A stretch of DNA of 63,874 nt, filler included, from Klebsormidium nitens (lineage: Eukaryota > Plantae > Klebsormidiophyceae): NCBI GenBank assembly GCA_000708835.1. It is 5 parts of 5 records of this genome, joined end to end, with 100 filler letters (N's around TTAATTAATTAA, not from the genome) between each part and the next. Parts side by side here need not be neighbours in the genome. Positions count along the whole stretch, not along the records: positions 25,100 to 52,465 come from DF237815.1; 4 more parts are not named here. One strand, written 5' to 3'. The notes under the pieces are model-generated. The model searched no databases and was not told where the DNA came from. It saw only the letters and a program-made list of their open reading frames with translations. A program made the position numbers and the translations under genes. Positions 37,247 to 47,433 of this stretch are shown one piece after another. Numbering within the stretch: the stretch's first letter is position 1; each line of letters starts with the position of its first letter.

Positions 37247-38239
37247 TCGCCTGAAAGCGCATGAAGGCCTAGCCCCCAGCGATAGCCTAGTTAACTAATT
37301 TAACTAAACTTGGCTCCGCTGTTAACCCTACTTTAACCTGCGCTTTGGTTGCAAGATCGTGCAGCCTGCCTGAAAAGCGCTGTAACGACGCACCACAGCT
37401 CGAGATTCGACCCCGAACTGCACCAGCCCGCCCTAGTAATCAGAGACTGTCAGCACAAAACCTTACGGCAATGAGTGTATCAAAAGTGTATGTATAGTGT
37501 ATAGTGTATGTATAGTGTGTCGTCGTTGCAACATTTGCCGCGAGCCTTAGACACCAGTATTCAGCTCTCCTTCTGACCTGCACAGGTACGAGTCATCAGT
37601 GACTTTCAGCACTTAGCATCAAGGGGCGATGAAGTGACATTGTTGCGCCTTTTATCACGCACTCAACATGAGAACCATGTAATCAAAAAGCTGCGCCGTT
37701 CCTTCTCCTGAGGCGTCAGAACGCAGACCGGCGTATCTTTGGATTTGGCCAGGGACAGAGGCGTCGGATCTCACAGTTGCCTCACGTCTGGTTGAACCAG
37801 CGCTTAAGAGCTGTTCACGGTTCGCTTGGTCAAGCACGACATCCAAATCTGCTGACCCTTGAACGCTCTAGTTGTGTTGGTTCTGTGTGAGCCATTGGTC
37901 TTCTCCCCCCCACGTTTGTTAACGCTTCATTTGAGAAGTTCGTCACTCCCTTCGAGATCCCCTTGACTGTAACACTAAGGCGCAGGTAACGGCAGAGCAG
38001 ACACGTGTGTGCAGAACTGTGGCGAGGCTGCCTAAATCTGCAGGGCAACCATGCTCTGCTTCAAGTCAATCTCAGCCTCACCTTTCTAGTGTAAGCAAAC
38101 ACGCTGGCCAAGATCGTCTCGTCCAGGTACTCTTGTCGCTGATCCATCACCTGTGAGATGGACAAGTGGAATCGTTGGTCAAGCAAATGTCGTTATGATT
38201 CCAATCCTGCCAGGCTATTCCTCTTGAGGACAGTTTATT

Positions 38240-38730
38240 CCCTTTGAAGAGTAGAACTTTTTGCATCTTGGTACAACGGCCATCAACTATAAGGTTTCTG
38301 GAAAACCAGGGGTATGGCCGGGCTCATTCCACCGGGTTCACTATGTACCAAGAAGAGTCTGTTCTTTTTAAAAGTAGTAGTGGCTGATTCTTGGTACCCG
38401 CCATCAGCAACAACATTTCCAGAAAACCAGGGGTATGGCCACTTTTGATCGTGTACAAAGAACAGTCTATTCTCTTCCAGAGTAGAAGTTTCTGAACCTT
38501 GGTACACTTTCCGTCAACTACGGTTCCCGCCGTAAAAAACCATTTCGACCAATCCAGGCGTATGGCCGGAATTCATTATTACCAAGAATACCCTATTCTC
38601 TTCTAGAGTAGAACTTCCTGATTCTTGGTCACCCGCCATCAACTACAAGATCTTGGGAAACCGGGGGTATGGCCGGGCTTCTTTGCGTACTCCCATGATA
38701 ATCATCAGTCTCTTTCAGAGTAGAGAGTCC
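38240..38730. repeat. Degenerate ~110-125-bp tandem repeat (about 4 units) with dispersed copies near 39120-39200 and 40150-40215
   Basis: AGAGTAGAA...TTCTTGGTAC...CCATCAAC...GGGGTATGGCC recurs at this spacing. Confidence 0.75.
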
Positions 38731-40567
38731 CTTCAAGAGTAGAAAGTCAATCCTTTTACCGGCGCCCTTCCTGAAGCGCCCGCTAAAGACCAGCATTGTT
38801 GTCATACTCGAGAAGCGAGGTTGAGTATCGTGTCTTTTGCAAAATGGTAATCTGTTTGGTGCACTGTGCAGGTGGTGGTTCCCTTAGAGGCCGCTCAATC
38901 AACGGATGCAGCAGGGCTCCCCTCTGCAGCCATGGATGCAGACTCTGGCGCAAGGGAAAGTTTCTGCACCCCATTTCAGGTGATGCTCCAGATCCTATCT
39001 GCTTAGCTCACCACATGCAATTGCTCTTTCTCCTCTACCAAGCCCTTTCGTTCTTTCTTAAGATAGAGATTTCCAAATCTTGGAACACATGCAATCAACT
39101 AAAATATCCAGGGACTCTGGGTAGCGTGGCCGGGCTTCCTTGTGTACCAAGGTTGGTATGTTCTTTCTGAAAGTAGAGATTCCTGATTCTTGATACACAC
39201 GGCGTCACTCACCATGATTCACCAGCTTTCAGGGCTCAACTGTTTTTTGTCCTGAAGTGCCCTAGCAGCTTTTCAGAGCACTACTGTTGTTTGTCCCAGA
39301 GGTGCTTCCCTCCACCCGACCGTGGTGCTCTTCTCATGCAGATTCCGCTCACGAGCAGGAAGATTTTCCGCCAGCACCCCTGTGACAGCTCAAACCTCCA
39401 AGAGACAGCTGGCCTCTCAGAAGCGGTCTCCCTGCCAAGAATTCGAGTCCTGGTCAGGAGCGTGCTCGTGAAGGGGACCGTGAGGGGGCAGCGCATCTTC
39501 CGAAGGAACGCGGGGAGCGTGTGCCAGCTGGCAAGGGAGGCGTGCGGGCCAAAAGGCTTCCTTCGGACGAAGGGAGCCTGGGACAGGGCTCTGAAGGCTG
39601 CCATGAGCGGCCTGGAGGGGTGGGTCGGTGTCCCAGAATCGGCTCTGCTTGGGGGCTTCCGTCAAGACGTCGTCTCGACGGCTGCAGCGCACGTGGAGGG
39701 GCTGAAGCAGCGGGGTAGGGAGGGTACGTCGGGTGGGATCCGGGGCAGGGTTCAGGCTGTCCGCAGAGTTAAACGCCCGAGCCGAATCCCCTCAAAACGC
39801 GGGGGCCACCGCACCGATCAGCCGGGGAAACAGTCAGGTAAGAACGTCCGCAACTGGTCTATGTCCCAAATTTTCAATACTGCAGGCCTAGCCACCGAGC
39901 AATGCTAGAATATTGCCAGGGCCTCGGATGGGGTGGGGATTAATAAAGTGAAACGGTTGTGTCGCTGCGCCTGGCTTGCGTGCAGGGCTCGAGTCTGTTG
40001 TAGGTTTCACAGGCAATCCGAAGCTTCATTCTCAAGTACCAAGTCTGACCTATTCTTTTTCTACGATAGAATGTCTCAATTCTTGGTTTATACCATCACT
40101 TACTCAGCTTAGTCTTCAGAGGGCCTAGACTCTCAGGGGCATGGCATGGCTTTGTGTACCAGGGTTGATCTGTTCATTTCTGAGACAGAACGTTTCAATT
40201 CTTGGTACACTGGCCATGGTCTTTCGGTTTGGCTCAGGATTTTACACGCGTTGCCTCGCCCATGTCTTACCGGTCCCACTGATTATGCAGACCTACACGC
40301 TCTTCTCTGCCACCGGTGCGGCGCAACTGCAGAGTTTGGAGTTCGAGGTGGCAAGGAAGGAGGGGAGGTCAAGTACTTTTGCACAGGGCATGTCCACACA
40401 ACCGGTTGTTTCCGCATCGACGGAAACCGTGGAGGTGAGAGCATTTGAAAAGCCTGCCCTCGAGCTGGGTTTGAGTTCCCTGCAATGTTCATAGCTGCTC
40501 CCCTAGGGTCAGCAATGTGTCTTCGAAGTAGATTGTCAATATTGATGTGCTCGGTATGTTCCTGCAG

Positions 40568-43500
40568 ATTGGGCCGAGGACCGAGAGATGCGTTGGTTGA
40601 GAGCAGAGGAGAGAAGGTTGGAAGAGGAGCTCCGAAGTCTGGGAGGGACCTCGTTTGCTGCGGAACCAGCGGGAGGTGAGCGTGCAGTGCTGGTTGGGCT
40701 GGTCTGATTCGTTTGCTGTTGTTCAAACTTGGGGGGCAAGTGATTTCCCTTCTATGTTTTGGTACGTTGTGATCTTTCTTCTATACACTGATACGAGATG
40801 GCATCTGTGATGGCAGGGGACCCCAGACTTTCACCGTGTGCTTTCGCACCTTGGCATGAGTTCCAGAGTACAGGGGATTGGGTTCCGCTGCCCATGAGCG
40901 GATCTCTCATAGGTAAGGCACTTCAATCGCAGCTCTGAACCCGCAATTTCTGCTAGAGCAGTTAGCCTGAACATGCAGACACTCGAAGAGCACTTGGCTT
41001 GTCCCCTTTGACACTTCTCGTGTCTGAAATGAGGATCTTTTGATCAGCTTCGAATCAGTCCAGCTGGGTCAGGCATCTCGTCTGAATGTTTTGTCCCACC
41101 TTGCAGCTATGCTGCTAACGACCGGTGGCATTGAGAGCAACCCCGGACCGCTCTCAATGGAAGAGGTGAGCCTGGACAAGGGGACTCCTGCAGTGCAGGG
41201 CGGGATGAGCACTGGTGGTTCTCGAGCTGGGAAGCAATTCTGTGTTTTTGCTCAGTGTCTTTGATATTAGAAGACGGGCTACACACTATTGTGCTGATCT
41301 CCAATGTCTCCCTACCACAGATTTGCAAAAGGAGTTGGGAGGAAGCTGGCTCGCCAATCAGCTCCACGCTGCTGGCTTACCTGGCAGAGCATGAGCTCAA
41401 CTTCGCACACTGGAGGAATCTGCCTTATGACCGACGCGTGAACCAGGTGAAGACCTTGAAGGACGCGTACGAAGGGAGATGTTTAGAGGGCTGGACTACG
41501 TTCCTTGAACAGGCTGGACTTGAACAGGCTGGAGGTAAGCAGCTTCTTCTGTTTGATGAGTAGGCTAGCTACGAGGCAACCTACCTTGAACATTAGGATT
41601 GGAGGTTGTGGTAGGTCTGGAACGAAGAATGCAAGCGCTGGGTGGTGTCGTTTAGCATGTAGCGGCCGGGAAAGCTTGGAAAAGACGGCATGAGAGGGGA
41701 GATTGCTGATTGGAAGGTGTTGCCGGCTTCCTTGCCAGTTTATATAGCTTCTTTTTCAATCTTGCCGAGGACAGTGGTGCGTGCTAGGCATGGGGTGTTT
41801 CTAGCGGAAGCGGGGTTGCTCGGGAGCAGAAAGTGGTCTGCTGTGCAATTGTTGGCAGACCAGGTGCGACTCATGAGCATTGGGTGCTTGTCACCGTCAT
41901 CCTTGTGCAATTTCTGACTGCTAGGGTCTCCACAGTCAAGTTTTCAACCTTGCTTGCTGCCTCAGAGCATGTACGAAGAAGACCGTGACATAGTCTGCTC
42001 TTTCTCACATGCAGGGGCTGGTCCATCAACATCCGGCGATTCAGGAAAGCGGCAGCTGCAAGGGGTTCGACAGCGTAAGTTTCTTGTCTCCAAAGTGCCC
42101 CCATTCGCCAGCGACCACCATTGTGAAGATGCAGGTAGCAGAGTCGCACTTACATCGAAGATGTTGCCAACAGGGCATACGTTGTAATGGTGGTGGAAAG
42201 AGGGCCTTGCGCAGAGAGGTGGCTTAATAAAGGAACTGCTTGTTCCATTGCCAGATGAGGTCCTTGATGCACCTTCTTTGCATAGCCTCCTGGTCTTTTC
42301 CAATCATTATGGTGCCGCTAATGTCGATGACAAATTCTACTTTGGTTTGCTTCTACCAAGATGCTTAACTGCCCTGCTCGATTGTCTACAGGGATTAGCG
42401 GGACTACAGGGATTAGCGGAACTGGGCAATGGTCGTCAGCTATCGCAGACAAAGTTCGCCACGCGCTCGACCCTATGTTCAGCCTGCTCAACGACGAAGG
42501 CAATCTGCAGATCCCCTGCTGGACGCCTCCCGCCGATCATCCCCAGATGGCACACATCAGTGGCCTGGCCATCCCGCAGTGGCGCGGCGAGCCCTCCCTC
42601 CTGCTCCATGCGCTACCCGAGAAGGAGAAGGGCCGGAGCGCGGCTGATCGACTCATAGAATTCATCATTGCCACAAGAGTTCGATACGGAGGCCAGCAAA
42701 CGCAGCTGGGCCGCGCCACCTTTGGTCTCGGTGTGTCCGGGTGCGGGAAGACGCGAACTGCGCTGGAGGCTCTGTGCGCCATGTTCGGCTTCTATCTGAG
42801 CTTCTCAACAACTGAGGAGCCGGGGTCAAACGTTCTTGCGGCTGCGGTAGCGCGCTTCAGGCTGAGGTTCGAGAATCAGTTGACCGACTTCTTACGCACG
42901 AAGGAGGGTCTAGGAAGCTATCGCAATGGAAGGCTTGATGACGCCAAAAAGCTGGTGGTCAGAATTCTGCTGGTGGAGGTCCTGTGCCTGGAGAGGTTCC
43001 TCAAGGAGTACGGACAAGCGACCCCCAAGAAGTACCTCATGATGCAGCTGATCGGCTTGGGCGAACTGGAAGTGAGTTGGACCAGCCTGCAGCGCAATGT
43101 TCAGCCAATCCTACATGCCAGATCGTCTGTGTGTCTTATTGCGCTATATACTTGCTTGCATGATTATCACGAGCTCCTCAGGTTAAGTTGCAGGCTTGTT
43201 TCGAGTACAGCCAATCTTGCAACCAATTTCCAGCTACTTGCATTTTGTTGAGGCATGCTTGCGCGCCAGACAGGCAACTTCTCATGTTCGGACTTTCAGT
43301 GCCTACACTCCCATGCCATGCCCTACTTTCATACAACGGTTGTGTCCCCACTTGCAGGATTGGTTGGTTGACGCGTGGAGCTGCGTCTTTGACGTCTCGC
43401 TGGAGGAGCTGATGATGGAGTTGCGGCGCGCGGTCAACAGTGTCAAGCGACTGAGGCAACAAGACTTCCTGCTAGTGGTGGTAGATGAGGCGCACCTGGG

Positions 43501-45281
43501 TTTGAAGAGCCTAGAAGACCACTTCCCAAATGCGGATAACACTGAAGGACGGCCGCTGCTCAATGCGTGGGTCCGGATTCTGAACGATCGTGCGTTCAAG
43601 GACTTCCACTTCCTCTTCACAGGTGAGGTCTTTCTCCTTTCTCCTGTACTTTTGAGTGCACCGGGTGAATAAGAGAGGGAGATTTGGACTACTCTGGGGG
43701 ACCAGCCTGCTTTCTGTGACAGTCAGTTTTGAGCGAGGTGTTCCCTGTGCTGCACTCCTGCGCTTCCTTGACATCCATTGCACTTAACGGCTTTAGCTCT
43801 TGCCGCTTTCCACGGAGGCCTCTGGCAGCCGCTTGGGCGCATCGAAAAGCAGTCCAGAGAGGTGTTCTTTACATAGCGTGCACATCAACGCTGGGCTTTG
43901 AAAACGAAGTTTAAAGTGGTGCTTTGATTTGCAGGCACGCGCCTGGGCATTGCAGAGCACGAATCGCTTGCTACCGCCATCGGGAAAGGGCCCGGAGTCC
44001 CAGTAATCTTCTCCGACTACGGCATCAACTTCGCATCACAGGCGCGGAGCTTTGCTTTGGAGTACGTTCCTGGTGACGACTGCGAAGAGGGTCTTTGGGA
44101 GCTGGTCGCTGGACGGTACAGGTTTGTCGTGGAGCTGACACGGCGGCGGTTAAAGAGCGGCTGGCATGTCGATTGGAAGCATGCCCTACAGTATCTGCGG
44201 GAGCACCACACGGCGGAGAATGAGGATGGGGAGTCGTCTCAGAGAACTCTGATAGGGCGCATGATTGCGCTGCAGAGCTCCAAGTCGTACGAGCACATTC
44301 TCAGGTCGCTGAAGGGGCTCGTGACGGATCGGTACATCATGGGTGTGGCTCGACCCCAGTACCGCAAGCAGGTCGACCTGGTGGAGCTTGGGTTTTGCCA
44401 CCTGGTCCGAGACGAGGAGGACAAGGGGGGCGAGGAGGGTGGGGTTAAGGCGGGCAAGGGGCTTTGGCGCATGAGCTTGTGCGAGCCATTGGCAGCGATG
44501 GTGGCCAGGGTGGCGGGGGCGGTGGGTGCAAGACGACGAGGTGGAGCGGCTCATGTTGAAGGTGGACCTTCCTTCCCCGGCCGGGCTTTTGTGGGATATC
44601 TACATGCCCACGGCGCTCAAGGACTTCTTCAACCCGGACAAGATCCTCGCGGATCACCCCATCCTGTCTAGCATTAGGAACAGTCTGCCGGCGTCCTTCT
44701 TTACCCGCCCCCAGATCGTGTGCCTGACAGAAGACGGCACAGTGAGCAAGGTTACCGATGTAGAAGCTTTCCGAGTGAGACGCGGGAACAAGGGGTTTGG
44801 GCTCGTCGATTTCGCTGAAGATCCCCGGGGCATCAGCTTCTTCCTGCCACAAGAAGGGGCGGGGCCAGATGATGCCAACTTCGTGCAGCTTGGGAATGGA
44901 GAACCAGAAATCTGGTTCAACATTCTGCAAGCAAAGCTCCGGCCGGAGTACGAATTAGAAGATGCGCTGAGGACTGTCACATTGGATCTGATGTACTCGG
45001 GGCATCCATGTCGTCAGGAGTTGCTGGTCAGGCTGAAAACGGGGCTCGAACAGAAGGGGGTCAAAGGGATAATCCGGATAGTGGCCGCTTTCCCGAGTTT
45101 TAAGACAGCTACAACAGAGGTGTTCCACCCAGAGGAGTCTAAGACGCGCAAGGATGACATGTGCATAGTTCAGATCGGCGTGTCAGCGGAGAACGCCCAC
45201 CACTTCTTCAGGGAGGACCATTTGAACGTTCTTAAAAGCCTGAAGGATGTCAAAAAGAGAGCTCATAGCGAGATTGAGTAG
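40568..45281 (+). CDS. Crinkler (CRN)/RHS-like protein: P-loop NTPase plus C-terminal PD-(D/E)xK-type nuclease; exons (40568-40676), 41107-41165, 41321-41534, 42015-42074, 42392-43071, 43358-43622, 43935-45281; one frameshift near 44501-44525; 5' end uncertain
   Basis: Walker A GVSGCGKT (42730-42753), Walker B VVVDEAH (43475-43495), then FFLP..GAGPD (~44865) and LQAK (~44930); junctions are GT-AG and phase-compatible; family call is by motif architecture. Confidence 0.75.
41109..41150 (+). other. 2A/StopGo-like peptide coding motif MLLTTGGIESNPG-P
   Basis: ATG CTG CTA ACG ACC GGT GGC ATT GAG AGC AAC CCC GGA CCG; fits (D/G)(V/I)ExNPGP; in frame with the downstream NTPase exons after splicing at 41166/41320. 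Confidence 0.65.
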
Positions 45282-47433
45282 CAAAGAAAACACTACGTCT
45301 TGTGCATTTGGTGCATAGCTTCACGAAGTGTGGTGTACTTGGAAGAGGATCTGTGGGTAGTCTCCATCGCCCTATGTGCTTAAATGCAAATGAAGCATAG
45401 AGTGTCCCTCTCTTTTTCCTTGCAATGGAATATGCGGGTTTGCGACGTTGATCAAGAAGCAAGATGTCGCTTTTTGAGCCTTGAATCAACCGCAAAACGA
45501 CTTTCGGACCATGCTTAGTAGCACGTAGTAGAGTGAAGAGCTCTGGCTTGCATGTGCAGCTAGAGTCGTTTGTTCTTGTTTGCAGAATGATGCATATTGA
45601 AACATATGGCGATACTATGCATGTTGGCTTCTTGGATGTTTCTTGGATGCCTTTGCTGCCGCAAGCTGGGACACTCGAACCTTATGACATGCTGCCCTAC
45701 ATGGTCATTTGCAAACGACGGTTAGCTGGCCCGGCCCGGCCCGGCCTATGGTGCAAACCCAATCAAAAGTCGGCCTTAAAATCAAACCACTGCGAGGATT
45801 CATGTCAGAGCGGATGGAAGGCCGGAGCTAGAACGTGGACCGCAGTTTGCGGTCCCGGACCCCCACACCCGGGCCCACCGGCGGTGGCCGGGTAAAGTAC
45901 CCGCCAGCAAATACTAAGACAGTCTAGCTTCAATATATTGTGGTCGATTTAGCTACTTGACAGACCTATGAGATATCAATAGTGAATATGCGCTGATTTC
46001 GTACCAAAATGGGCCGTATTCTGCGTTATAAGTGCAATTTTTGAGATTTTCTATTCCCAATTACGGGGGGGTCAGCCTGGCGGCTGGCGGGAAAAGTTTC
46101 ACAAAATTTTGGGGGTCTGGGGTGTGGCGGCCGGCGAATTGTCGGCGTTCGTGCGGTCACTGTCAAAGTGTTATGAGATCACGCCTTGGCTAGACAATTG
46201 AACGGAGGCTGGAGCGGTAATTATTTACTAATGATTTGTAGCTAAGGAACAACGCGTTTGCGACCGGCCGTTAGATTGTCCTGTCGGAATCATGAGTATT
46301 GCAAGACTTAGTAGTAAGCCTGTTATACTTCGGCCTCTGGCATTACGCTAGCGTGCATATGGAGCTCCAATGCGCGACGGTGGGGACGTAAGCTTGGTCG
46401 ATCGGAATACCGCGCATGATCGGATGCATGTTTTTGGCCGGCGCGGACGTATACTATACGCACACTATACGTACGGTAGGCATTGACTGATATATGCTTA
46501 ACCAAACGTTCAGATGTAGCTGATCGACATCTGAGAGCCTGGACTGGACTCATATGTTCAACACATAGGGCGGCATGACGAAATTGAACGGTATGAACCG
46601 TACGCGATGAGTCCGCCGACAGTGCATGCATACGGTAGCGAACTTATCTGATGCGCGGCATGATCGATCGGCAAAAAGCTAGCGGCACCATGTGCATGGA
46701 GCGGTGCATCATGGTTAAGTTCTTGGCCGGGTGACAGCAACGCACAGCCGTCGGCGTGCGCACGTACAGCGCCGCGCCGCTACATGCACGACCTAGAACC
46801 TCACAGTCCATTATAACGATCGCGCAACTCGAAACCTACAATTCCTTACAGTCCGATCGCGCAACTCGATCAAACCGTACAGCACGGCCTGGCGGCATGT
46901 TTCGTGTGTAAAGCCTGGCCAGCTTAGTATTGTGCAATGCCAGTGCATCATGACCGATCCGATGATTGATGTTTGGAACTGATCATCCTCATGTGCAATC
47001 GATCAACCCGTACAGTCCGATTGTCTCTCTAAGTTTTGGGCGAGATCTGAGATGTCGGACCTCAATTATGCGGAGCTACAATTAATCTTCCGGCTCTGCT
47101 GCATGACGTGTCTTGTCTTCGGCTCAGGCAAGCCCGGCGGCCGGACTCTGGGCCATAAAGTATGCGGCAACCTCAAGGATGCGAATGTTGAGATGAGAGA
47201 AACACCCTTAAGCAGACGTTGACACATCAAGCAAATGATCCATTGTCTCGTTAACTGACAGATCCAGAGGGTATTTAGCAACTTGTATCGTTGATTCTCA
47301 GTCTTGCAACGACAAGGTGTCGGCTCTAGTTACCCTTAGCAGTGAGTAGCCCGCTCGGTATCACGTTGGACCGCAAATTCAGGCAGCCTGAAGGACGACT
47401 TTGCGCGTTCTGGCTCTTTTATTAGCTCCTCAA

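Noticed and set aside
39291-39908. 205-aa ORF upstream of the CRN-like gene
   Set aside because: GC-rich region with open frames on both strands and no recognisable motif; I could not link it in phase to the downstream exons with confidence
45837-45903. Cluster of three small hairpins downstream of the CRN-like gene
   Set aside because: Stems of 5-8 bp in GC-rich DNA are expected by chance; no U-tract or element boundary
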